64,000 nt of DNA from Escherichia coli (GTDB taxonomy: Bacteria; Pseudomonadota; Gammaproteobacteria; Enterobacterales; Enterobacteriaceae), in the NCBI RefSeq assembly GCF_002854065.1, contig NZ_CP024147.1, one strand, 5' to 3'. Below are positions 9,578-20,600 of this stretch, in pieces. Below the pieces are notes generated by a model. That model saw nothing but the letters and a program-made list of their open reading frames with translations, was not told where the DNA came from and did no database searches. How positions within the stretch are numbered: the first letter of the stretch is position 1; each line of letters opens with the position of its first letter. Both the position numbers and the translations under genes were made by a program.

Positions 9578-10852
9578 TTAACCCAGTAACGTGCGCAAAT
9601 GCGCGGCTACGCTATCCTGCGCAACTGCCGTTTGCTCACCAGAGCGCAAATCCTTCACTACTGCTGTGCCGTTAGCCACTTCAGACTCACCCAGCACCAC
9701 AGCAACGCGGGCACCCCATTTATCAGCACGGGCAAACTGTTTCTTAAAGTTGCCGCCGCCGTGGTTGGTCATCAATTTCACGCCCGGTAATTCATCACGC
9801 AGACGCTCAGCTAATGCCATAGCCGCAGATTGTGTATCAGCACCTGAAGCCACCAAGTATATATCGACAACAGGATCGGCTTTAAATTCCGGATTAACGG
9901 CCTGTACTAACAATACAAGACGTTCGAGGCCCATCGCAAAACCGACAGCCGGTGTTGCACGACCGCCCAGTTGTTCCACAAGACCGTCATAACGACCGCC
10001 TGCACACACGGTGCCCTGGGAGCCGAGACTGTTAGTCACCCACTCGAAAACGGTACGGTTGTAGTAATCCAGACCACGCACCAGACGCTGGTTTACGGTG
10101 TAAGCGATCCCCGCGCTCTCAAGCAGTTTGCACAGACCAGCAAAGTGCTCACGAGATTCCTCGTCCAGATAATCACCTAATGCCGGAGCGTCGTTGAGAA
10201 GCGCCTGCACTTCCGGATTTTTTGAATCCAGCACGCGCAGCGGGTTAGTGTACATGCGGCGTTTGCAGTCTTCGTCCAGCTTTTCTTTATGCTGCTCAAG
10301 GAATGCCACCAGCGCATCGCGGTAATTGGCGCGTGCTTCCAGCGAACCGATAGAATTCAGCTCAAGAGTTACGTGCTCGGAAATACCCAGCGCGCGCCAC
10401 CAGCGGGCGGTGAGCATAATCAGTTCAGCGTCGATATCCGGACCTTGCAGACCGAAAACTTCGCAGCCCAACTGATGGAACTGACGATAACGCCCTTTCT
10501 GCGGACGCTCGTGACGGAACATCGGCCCGATATACCACAGACGCTGTTCCTGATTGTACAGAAGACCATGCTCGATGCCGGCGCGTACACAGCCCGCCGT
10601 CCCTTCAGGGCGCAGAGTCAGGCTGTCGCCATTGCGATCCTCAAAGGTGTACATCTCTTTTTCAACCACGTCGGTGACTTCACCAATCGCACGTTTGAAT
10701 AGCGGGGTCTGCTCTACAATCGGCAAGCGGATTTCACTGTAACCGTAGCTGCCGAGCACGTTTTTCAGTGTGCCTTCAATGCGCTGCCAGATGGCCGTTT
10801 CGCCAGGCAGGTAATCGTTCATGCCGCGAATGGCTTGAATGTTTTTTGCCAC
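9578..10852 (-). CDS. hisS: Histidine--tRNA ligase
   Basis: ORF track 424 aa (first codon GTG); class II aaRS motifs; [18 protein letters not shown].. matches HisRS. Confidence 0.95.
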
Positions 10853-10854
10853 GT

Positions 10855-10950
10855 TTATTCTCTTTCTGAATATAAAAATGAACCCTCAACGCTTCCCTCA
10901 ATGTTTGGGGAGCCATGCGGGTTCAATCATACACGGGAAGCGAGGCGCTT
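10855..10950 (-). ncRNA. sroE: Candidate SroE-type small RNA / structured element in the ispG-hisS spacer
   Basis: 110-bp spacer between ispG stop and hisS start contains a perfect 8-bp-stem hairpin (gggaagcg-cct-cgcttccc on the minus strand) and other structure; an sRNA called SroE is reported at this position in K-12 (recollection). Ends not determinable from sequence. Confidence 0.4.
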
Positions 10951-10962
10951 CCCATCACGTTA

Positions 10963-12081
10963 TTATTTTTCGACCTGCTGAACGTCAATTCGACGCGCTT
11001 CGTCCAGCTGACTGGCTTTCGCACGAATGCGTGCTTCCAGCTGGTCGATCATATCGTTGTTGTCCAGACGGTCTTTGCGCACGCCATCTTCATAGAGGCC
11101 GCTTTTCTTGTTGCCGCCGGTGACGCCGAGTGTAGAAACCAGCGCCTCACCCGGGCCATTCACCACGCAGCCGATAATCGAAACGTCCATCGGAGTGATG
11201 ATATCTTCCAGGCGTTGCTCCAGCGCGTTAACCGTACCGATAACATCAAACTCCTGACGCGAACAGGTCGGACAGGCGATGAAGTTGATACCTCGCGAAC
11301 GGATACGAAGCGATTTCAAAATATCGAAACCGACTTTGATCTCTTCGACCGGATCGGCCGCCAGTGATACGCGCAGCGTGTCGCCGATGCCTTCAGACAG
11401 CAGCAAACCTAAACCAATGGCGGATTTTACTGCCCCGCTGCGCGCGCCACCCGCTTCGGTGATCCCCAGATGCAGCGGCTGATCGATTTGTTTTGCCAGC
11501 AAACGATAAGACTCAACAGCGAGGAAGACGTCAGACGCTTTCACGCTGACTTTGAACTGATCGAAGTTCAGGCGATCGAGATGATCAACATGACGCATGG
11601 CGGATTCCAGCAACGCCTGCGGCGTCGGTTCGCCATACTTTTCTTGCAGATCTTTTTCCAGCGATCCGGCGTTAACGCCAATACGGATCGGAATGTTTTT
11701 ATCGCGCGCACAGTCAACCACCATGCGAATACGCTCTTCATTACCGATATTGCCAGGATTAATACGCAGACAATCGACGCCGTATTCCGCTACTTTCAGC
11801 GCAATGCGATAGTCGAAGTGGATGTCAGCCACCAGCGGCACGTTAACCTGCTGTTTGATGAGTTTGAACGCTTCTGCCGCGTCCATCGTCGGTACAGATA
11901 CACGGACGATATCAGCGCCAACGCGTTCCAGCGCCTTGATTTGATTGACCGTTGCTTCGACGTCTGTCGTACGCGTATTGGTCATGGACTGTACGGCGAT
12001 GGGAGCACCATCGCCAATCGGCACATTCCCAACGTAAATACGTGTTGATTTTCTACGTTGAATTGGAGCCTGGTTATGCAT
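10963..12081 (-). CDS. ispG: 4-hydroxy-3-methylbut-2-enyl diphosphate synthase IspG (GcpE)
   Basis: ORF track 372 aa, [39 protein letters not shown].. ; MEP-pathway enzyme. Confidence 0.95.
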
Positions 12082-12107
12082 GAAAAATCTCCCGCGTTAC
12101 CCGTCTG

Positions 12108-13121
12108 TTACTGCGCCGGTGATTGTTCGGCATTGAGGGTCAGACGCGCAACCTGGTTAGTTCTGATAAAACGACTCAGATCGACAGGTTTCCCTTGATA
12201 CTGGATCTGTACTGCGGCTGGCGCACCAATTTTCAGTTTGTACGGTGCCTGGCCGGTTAAGTTCAAATTACCGTCTTTACGCTGCATACCGCTAAACAAT
12301 TTTTTACCGGTAGCATCAGTGACCTCCAGCCAGCAATCGGCAGTAAAGTTCATCACCAGCGCATTCGGATCAGCCACCGGCGTGGTCACGCCAGCCTGAT
12401 CGGTTGGCAACGGCGCAGCACCATCTGGCGTTGTTGCTGCCGTTGGTGCCGGGGTCGCGGCGGTATCAACATTTGCCTGCGAAGGCGAAACAACCGCATT
12501 CTGTTGCGGATCAACAGCTGGTGCTGGCGCAGTTACGGCAGGTGTTTGCGTGTTGGTTGCGGTAGTATCCACAGACGCTGGCGGCGTGGACGTTGTAGCC
12601 GGGTCTGTAGTTGTCGACGTATTTAACGGAACACTCTGCCCCTGCTCGCTATTACTGCTCAGTTCCGCCGAAGATTGATCGGCCATAGTGGTGATCTCTT
12701 CCTGCTGAGCTTTGTGGTCTTGCCACCACCAGGCACCGCTCAGGCCGATAACCACAAACAACACCAGCCAGGTGAAGGTCATCAGCCAGCCGTCGCGTTT
12801 TTTGCGGCGTTTACCGAGGGAAAAACTCTGCATCGGCGCAACTTTTGCAGCCCGTAGTGGAGCCTGCTTTTCCAGCCCTGGCAGCAGTTCTTCTTCTGGA
12901 ATATGTACCAGACGCGCATAAGAGCGGATATATCCGCGCAGGAATGTTGAAGCAAGATCGGCGGGTGCCTTATCTTCTTCAATGTCGCGTACCGTGGAAA
13001 CCTTCAGGCAAAGTCGCTCGGCAACGGCCTGCTGACTAAGTCCTAGTTGTTCGCGAGCATTACGCAGGCGAGCGCCGGTAGTAAGTGCTTCATTTTGGTC
13101 GTGCGTGGCTTCAGTATTCAT
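12108..13121 (-). CDS. rodZ: Cell-shape determinant RodZ
   Basis: ORF track 337 aa, ATG; N-terminal HTH, one TM segment ([21 protein letters not shown]), Pro/Thr-rich periplasmic linker. Confidence 0.93.
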   Translation of the reverse strand: MNTEATHDQNEALTTGARLRNAREQLGLSQQAVAERLCLKVSTVRDIEEDKAPADLASTFLRGYIRSYARLVHIPEEELLPGLEKQAPLRAAKVAPMQSFSLGKRRKKRDGWLMTFTWLVLFVVIGLSGAWWWQDHKAQQEEITTMADQSSAELSSNSEQGQSVPLNTSTTTDPATTSTPPASVDTTATNTQTPAVTAPAPAVDPQQNAVVSPSQANVDTAATPAPTAATTPDGAAPLPTDQAGVTTPVADPNALVMNFTADCWLEVTDATGKKLFSGMQRKDGNLNLTGQAPYKLKIGAPAAVQIQYQGKPVDLSRFIRTNQVARLTLNAEQSPAQ

Positions 13122-13405
13122 TCGCTGCAGGTACGTTTAAATGAGAATTGAGATGCCGGTGAACCATCATGCTCACCCACACCGCGAAACATCCGTTAAG
13201 TTAACCGTTATCATACAGTATAAGACCGTCTGTGTGCTCGTGACAAAGCCCACATTCACTAAGGCTAACTTACTGTTGCATCGTTACATACTGCCTTAAA
13301 GTCAGCAAAAACGCACCGTTAATATTGACCAGACAATTGCAACTTAATACTTCATTCATAAAACATTACGCCACGGTACATAAAGTAACCGTGGCGTAAT
13401 GGCTA

Positions 13406-14560
13406 TCAGACCGCTTTAATGTCGATGGCTTCACCCTGCATCCGTTTACGCAGGGTACGTTTCGTACGGTCGATAACATCGCCCGCCAACTGACCACAGG
13501 CAGCATCGATATCATCACCACGCGTTTTACGCACAATAGTGGTGAAACCGTAGCTCATCAGCACTTTTGAGAAACGGTCGATACGGCTGTTCGAACTGCG
13601 TCCATACGGTGCGCCCGGGAACGGGTTCCACGGGATCAGGTTGATCTTACACGGCGTATCTTTCAGCAGTTCCGCCAGTTGGTGCGCGTGTTCAGTGCCG
13701 TCGTTAACGTGGTCAAGCATCACGTATTCAATAGTGACTCGGCCCTGATTGGCGTTGGATTTCTCCAGATAACGGCGCACCGCAGCAAGGAACGTTTCGA
13801 TATTGTACTTTTTGTTGATCGGCACAATTTCGTCACGAATTTCGTCGTTCGGCGCGTGCAGGGAAATTGCCAGCGCAACATCGATCATATCGCCCAGTTT
13901 ATCCAGCGCCGGAACTACACCGGAAGTGGAAAGCGTCACGCGACGTTTAGACAGACCAAAACCGAAATCATCAAGCATGATTTCCATCGCCGGAACGACG
14001 TTGTTCAGGTTGAGCAGCGGCTCGCCCATGCCCATCATCACTACGTTAGTGATCGGACGCTGACCGGTGACTTTTGCTGCGCCGACGATTTTCGCCGCAC
14101 GCCACACCTGGCCAATAATTTCCGATACCCGCAGGTTGCGGTTAAAGCCCTGCTGGGCGGTGGAACAGAATTTACACTCCAGCGCACACCCCACCTGCGA
14201 AGAGACGCAGAGCGTAGCGCGGTCGTCTTCCGGGATGTACACCGTTTCGACACGCTGGTCACCCACGGCAATCGCCCATTTAATGGTGCCGTCAGATGAA
14301 CGCTGTTCTTCAACCACTTCCGGTGCGCGGATCTCCGCCACCTCTTTCAGTTTGCCGCGCAACACTTTGTTGATGTCAGTCATCTCATCAAAGTTGTCGC
14401 AGCAATAGTGATACATCCACTTCATCACCTGATCGGCGCGGAAGGGTTTTTCACCTAAATCTTTAAAAAACTCCCGCATCTGCTGACGATTGAGATCCAG
14501 CAGGTTGATTTTTCCATCTTTGGTGGTGACGTTTTCAGGTGTGACTAATTGTTCAGACAT
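13406..14560 (-). CDS. rlmN: 23S rRNA / tRNA adenine-C2 methyltransferase RlmN (radical SAM)
   Basis: ORF track 384 aa, ATG; radical-SAM cysteine motif CALECKFC; strong hairpin (ttacgccacggt..accgtggcgtaa) immediately downstream of the stop. Confidence 0.95.
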
Positions 14561-14709
14561 ATGCTATTCCGGCCTCGTTATTACACGTTATGGCCCCTGG
14601 AGGGTTGAAAAAAGAAACGCCCCGGTGAGCGGCTGCTCGTCCGGGGGCGCTGCATTGTACAAATTCTGGCGCACGGATGCCACGTTTGCACGCGGCATTT
14701 ACGAAATTA

Positions 14710-15141
14710 TTAACGGGTGCGCGGGCACACTTCGCCTTCGCCGAAGAAATAAGCGATTTCGCGAGCGGCAGATTCGACGGAATCAGAACCGTGGGTACCA
14801 TTTTCGGTCAGGCTGTCAGCGTAATCAGCGCGCAGAGTACCGGCCAGTGCGTTTGCCGGATTGGTCGCGCCCAGCAGATCGCGGTGACGCTGAACGGCGT
14901 TTTCACCTTCCAGCACGGAAACCACGATCGGGCCAGAGGTCATGAATTCAACCAGACCATCAAAGAACGGTTTTCCATCGTGTTCAGCATAAAAGCCACG
15001 AGCCTGTTCAACGGTCAGGTGCAGCATTTTGGTGCCGACAATTTTGAACCCTGCAGCTTCAAAGCGCGCAAAGATATTACCAATGACGTTTTTTGCTACC
15101 GCGTTCGGTTTGATAATGGAAAAAGTACGTTCAATAGCCAT
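14710..15141 (-). CDS. ndk: Nucleoside diphosphate kinase
   Basis: ORF track frame 14710-15210; conserved Ndk N-terminus [15 protein letters not shown] begins at the internal ATG (15139-15141), 143 aa. Confidence 0.95.
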
Positions 15142-15288
15142 TTTTACCTCTGTAAAGTATTCGTTGTTGTCTGTACCTGCGTACGAGATGGCGCGGATTA
15201 TAAAGAGCAACAGGGCCGTTGACTATTGATGAAGGTAACATTTTTTTAAAATAAACCTAGTTTAAGCAACAATCAGGGACAAAACAGA

Positions 15289-17601
15289 CTATTGCATGAC
15301 AAATTTCACTGTCGCGATTTGCCCTACGTCATCCATCACCAGCAATTGATAATCACCTTTATCCGTCAAATGCAGGGTCACGTTGCGCCCGCGTTCAGTT
15401 AACGGTTCGCCGTTCAGAAACCACCAGCGTTCACCTGCCCCTCCACTTGATTGCAACGGCAAAGTCGCTTCCGCTGCGCCCGGTAAACGTTTAATAATCT
15501 CGCCATCGCGAACGCCTGTCAGCTGCAGCGGGAGCTGGGCATCGTGACCGTATGGCGGGCAAATTGTCGAGGCCGGTGGTAAGCGCACAGCGCGACGTTC
15601 TGATGCGGGCAACCAGGGTTCCAGCGGTAGCGGCCAGACATTTATCATTTCTTGTCGCGCTTGCGGGCAATCAGCGGCAACACGTTTGCCATTTTCATCC
15701 AGCCAGATGGGGAAACGAATGCCATTAATGCCTTCCTGCTCCGGCAGTAATAGAGTTGGCGGCTGACTCCCGTCCAGCAGCCAGGTTGCCAGGCGGCGGC
15801 GACAGTTACCGTCACCTTCCGGCAAAGACTGTCCGCCCGGCCAGCAAATAACGCCACGAGTGACTGAGTTCGGGCGCGGGTCTTCCGGCAGATTCGCACT
15901 GCGCGACAGTAAAATATTATTAACCTGATTCAACAGCGGTACAGCACTGGCAAAGCCAAACTGACCAACAACCGGCGTGCCATCCGGTCTGCCAGTCCAG
16001 ATCCCAATGACATAGCGAGCATTAACCCCAATCGCCCAGGCGTCACGATAGCCATAGCTGGTGCCCGTTTTCCATGCCAGTGGAGCGACGCGCGGCAAGG
16101 CACCATCCGGCAAGGGTTGCGCTTCATCAGCCATAATCCGGCGAATGATCCACGCAGCCCCCGACGACATTAAAGGCCGTTCAAGCAGCGGATCGTCAGG
16201 CTGTAAGCGCAATTTGCCTGCCTTGCCGTGGCGAGCAAACGCGGTATACGCTGCCGCCATATCTTCCAGTTTTGCACCAGCACCGCCGAGAATGAGCGAA
16301 AGATTGGGCGCAGCGCCGTTGGGCAGATACAACGGCAATCCAACATTGCGTAATTTTGCCGCAAACCGTTTCGGTCCATAGGCTTCCAGCACCTGCACAG
16401 CAGGTAAATTCAGCGAGCGCACCAGCGCCTCGCTCATGCTGATCGGGCCATGAAAACCGCTATCAAAGTTACCTGGTCGATAATCACCGGTGCGCCGGGG
16501 GACGTCTTGCAGCAGTGATGCCGGGTGGATCAAGCCTTCATCCAGCGCCAGACCATAAACAAACGGTTTGAGCACCGATCCTGGCGATCGGATCGCATTG
16601 ACCATATCAACATGACCAAAGCGTGAATCATCGTTGAGATCTACCGATCCCACCCAGCCGCGAACACGCATATCGGTATGATCAACCACGATCATCGCCA
16701 GTGAGCTGCGCGGTGGTAAACGTCCTTTCCAGTTTTGCGCCAGTTCTTCCAGACGTCGTTGAAGACCGGCATCCAGCGTAGTAACGATTTTGTCGCTTTT
16801 GCTTTTACCGAGCATCATGCGCGAAAACAGCGGTGCAAGTTGCGGCATTTGTCGGGGTGCCAGCCAGATGGGTTCTTCCCTTGACTCTTTTACCTGCTCA
16901 CGGGACCACACACCTTGCACGGCCATCCGTTCGAGCACTTTATTACGCGCGGCTTCGGCACGCTCCGGCCAACGATCCGGGCGCAGTCGGCTGGGCGCTT
17001 GCGGTAACACCGCCAGCATTGCCGCCTCGGAATAGCTTAAATTCGCAGGCGACTTTCCGAGATAAGCCCAACTTGCCGCACCGATCCCCTGCAACGTACC
17101 GCCAAACGGAGCGCGGTTAAGATACAAGGTCAGAATTTCACGCTTAGACAGATGCCATTCCAGTTGCAACGCGCGCCAGAGCTGGCGAATTTTGCCGCCA
17201 AATGTTTTGGGGTGAGGATCAAGCAGACGAGCAACCTGCATAGTGAGCGTGCTGCCACCGGAAATAACCCGTCCCGAAGTGAGATCTTGCCATGCTGCGC
17301 GCGCCACCGAGAATGGATTCACCCCCGGATGCTTCCAGAACCAGCGATCTTCATAATTGATCAGCGCTTCAAGGTAACGTGGAGAAACATCTTCGATTGT
17401 TACCGGATAACGCCAGATGCCGTCAGCATCGGCGAAGCGCCAGAGCGGCGTACCATCCTGCGCCACGACCACTCGTGCGGGATTGACTTCATGCAGCGGT
17501 AGAGGCCAGAGTTTATCTGCTCCCCACGCTGCAAGAAAAAGGAGAAATGGCGCAGCTGCCAGCGTTATCCAGCAGCCGCGTTTGGTTAACAAGCGAGGCA
17601 T
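15289..17601 (-). CDS. pbpC: Penicillin-binding protein 1C (bifunctional glycosyltransferase/transpeptidase)
   Basis: ORF track 770 aa, ATG; adjacent (1 bp) to yfhM stop, operonic. Confidence 0.95.
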   Translation of the reverse strand: MPRLLTKRGCWITLAAAPFLLFLAAWGADKLWPLPLHEVNPARVVVAQDGTPLWRFADADGIWRYPVTIEDVSPRYLEALINYEDRWFWKHPGVNPFSVARAAWQDLTSGRVISGGSTLTMQVARLLDPHPKTFGGKIRQLWRALQLEWHLSKREILTLYLNRAPFGGTLQGIGAASWAYLGKSPANLSYSEAAMLAVLPQAPSRLRPDRWPERAEAARNKVLERMAVQGVWSREQVKESREEPIWLAPRQMPQLAPLFSRMMLGKSKSDKIVTTLDAGLQRRLEELAQNWKGRLPPRSSLAMIVVDHTDMRVRGWVGSVDLNDDSRFGHVDMVNAIRSPGSVLKPFVYGLALDEGLIHPASLLQDVPRRTGDYRPGNFDSGFHGPISMSEALVRSLNLPAVQVLEAYGPKRFAAKLRNVGLPLYLPNGAAPNLSLILGGAGAKLEDMAAAYTAFARHGKAGKLRLQPDDPLLERPLMSSGAAWIIRRIMADEAQPLPDGALPRVAPLAWKTGTSYGYRDAWAIGVNARYVIGIWTGRPDGTPVVGQFGFASAVPLLNQVNNILLSRSANLPEDPRPNSVTRGVICWPGGQSLPEGDGNCRRRLATWLLDGSQPPTLLLPEQEGINGIRFPIWLDENGKRVAADCPQARQEMINVWPLPLEPWLPASERRAVRLPPASTICPPYGHDAQLPLQLTGVRDGEIIKRLPGAAEATLPLQSSGGAGERWWFLNGEPLTERGRNVTLHLTDKGDYQLLVMDDVGQIATVKFVMQ

Positions 17602-20600
17602 TTACGGTCTGACAATCAGCAAATCTTCAGCCGCGCCGGTCGCCCGCCATTGGGGAACATACATTGATTCCACCATCGGTTGCGGTACCTGATACGTTCC
17701 CGGCGTCACCGCCCGCGCCAGATACACCAGCGTTACCGGTTGGTATTCATCAACGGCAACCGCCGCCACAAAGCGATCGTCACGGAACTCAATGTGCTTA
17801 GTACTCGCCTGCTGCATCTGGTTCAGTAAGTTCTGCACTTCGCCACCACTTTGCTCCAGGCTGGCGCTACCGTTCGCCAGATTCTGGTTTTCCAGTTCCA
17901 GACCCGCAGGCAGCAGATCCACGACTAACGCATCCGGCACGCTGTTACTGGCTTTTACCTGCAACCAGACCAGCACCAGATCGCCGCTACGTAACGAGTC
18001 CAGCGATTTGCTCTTACCATCAGTACCAAGAATATGACGCTCGATTTGCAGCACATTGTTCGCCGGTAAAGGTGCGGATTGCGGATAACCGCTGGCATCC
18101 ACACGCAGCCATAACGGCTGATCGCCACTGTTGGTCACCTGCAAGGTAGCAAGTTGATCGCTATTCAGATTGCTGTTTTGCGCTTTCTCGCCTGTCAGCG
18201 GCTCAGCTGAGAAAGAGGTTTGCGCCTGCCATTTACCCGGTAAATCCTGAATCGTACGGGCAGCCAGGAACAACGCGTTACTTTCCTGCGTCGATAGCCA
18301 GCGTTCACCAAACGCCTGCTGCGAAAGTGTGTTCAGCAAAGTGTACTGCTCATCGGGTAGCAGTTTATTTTCTTCCAGCAAGGAGAGCATCAACGCGTTG
18401 TCGCGCAGTGGACTACCGTAATCACCCAGCCATATCCGCTCATCACTATTTCTCGGCGTTTTCAGCGCCAGCGCAATCGCTTCTTCACCACGCGTCGCAT
18501 CACCCATGGTTTTCAGCGCAACGCCAAGTTGCAGCAGCGGTAATCCAGACGCAGCATCTGCACGATGCTCCCAGATTTCACGCAGCGCACCCAGTGGTGC
18601 TTTTTGCTGACGGGCCAGCACCAGCGCAGCGTAAGACTGTACGGCGAATTTACTGGCTTTGAGATTATCCGCGTACGGGATCGACATCATGCCTGGATCT
18701 TGTAAATAGCGCAGCAGACGCTCATTACCCCGGTTAATGACGTCTGTCGGCACGCTGTAACCCTGTTCGCCTGCGCGGACCAGGAAATCCATCACGTAAG
18801 CCGTCAGCCAGTACTCTTCGTCACCGTTTTTATCCCACAGCGCAAAGCCGCCGTTATCACGTTGCATTTGCAGCAAACGGGAAATGCCGATATCGACCGA
18901 TGCACGGCGTTTCTCATCACTGTCGCCTTTGATGCCCAACGCCTGCAGTTGGGCTGCGTTGGTATAAAGTGACGGGAACAGGCCGCTGGCGGTTTGCTCA
19001 AGACAGCCGTACGGATACGCTTTTAACTCTTTGATATAACGTGCGATGTTCAGCGGTGGTTTGCCGCTCAACAACAATTGCCCTTCCAGCGTAACAGGCG
19101 AGAAGTTTTGCAATCCATCCGCCGGAATCGCCCATGTCTCACCAGGCTGCAACGCCGTACCGTAATTAACCGTTTGTGCCGGGAACGCTGGACGGACGCC
19201 GATTTTCCACTGCTTATGCTGATCGGCAACGGTTTCACCCGGTAACGCTAACCCGCTAATGGTGGCCTGAATTTCTCCATCGCCATAACCCGGCAATGCT
19301 CGCACCGGGATAAACAGCGTAGTACGCACACCTGGCGCTAATTCAACGGCTGCGGGTGAATCGCTGACCAGTTCAAGCAAACCACTGGCGGTCAGGGCAA
19401 CGTTCAGTTTTTGCGGTTTATCGGTAAGATTAGTGATATCCAGCGTCAGACGCGAGGTATCGCCACTCGCCATAAAGCGCGGCATGTTCAGTTCAGCAAT
19501 CACCGGTGCGGCAACTATCACTTTGCTTTCGTTGCTACCGAAGTCATCTGCCGTCCAGGCTTGCGCCATGACGCGCAATTCACCGTTAAAATCGCCAATC
19601 GGCAGTGTAACCGAGCCTTCGCCCTGTTCGTTGAGCGTTACCGGCAGCGCCTGCTGCGCGACAATATTGACGTGATTGACCGGCGGTTTACCACCACGTT
19701 TCAGCTCATCACCATCGCCACCGAAACGCAGAGCTGCCAGACGCCCCTGACCTTCAATAACCTGACCGTAAATATCGTAAATGTCTGCGCCATAGCGTTT
19801 CTGACCAAAGAACGCCTGCCACGGATCTGGCGTGACGTAGTCAGTAATATTCAGCACACCACTATCAACGGCAGACACCAGCACATTCACCTGTTTAGGC
19901 TTCTCGCCATTTTTAGTGCTGGCTTTAATTTTCACGGTTAATGGTTGATTGGGACGCATTTTTGCTGGTGTTTCCAGCGCCAGATCGAGGCGACGGTTTT
20001 CATCACCAAGCGGCAGATGCAACACACCAACCGCGCGTTTTGGCGTCGCGGAGCGAGATTTATCGCCAGGACGCACCACCAGCGTACTCAAATAAAGATC
20101 ATGACGATTCCAGGTTTTATCGACCGGAATCGTCAGATCCAGCCCTTGAGCCGGAACATCAATCTCTTGCCACCACAGCGGCCCTTCACTGGACTCGACC
20201 ATCGCATAACCTTTACCCGCCGTTGGCGCGGCAATATGCAACTTAATGGTATCGCCAGGGCGATAACTGGCTTTATCCAGTTTCAGCGTGACACGGTCGG
20301 GTCGCACGGCACCGCTTCCGTCGCTGTTGTCCTGCCAGCTATAGCCAGCCCAGAAACGCACACTACTGACCGCTTCATTCGGCGCTTTGACTTCCAGACG
20401 ATAAGCGCCCCACTCTACCGGAAAACTGACCTTGCCGGTTTCGTCCGCTTTCAGATCCAGAGTTTGTTCATTTTCGATCAGATCTTTTTGATCAAACTGT
20501 GACTGCCAGCCTTCATCTTCTGACCAGTTCCAGTAGTAATCGCGGCGTTCGCGAATCAGGCGCACCTGCAAGCCCGACACGGCTTTTTTCACGCCTTGCG

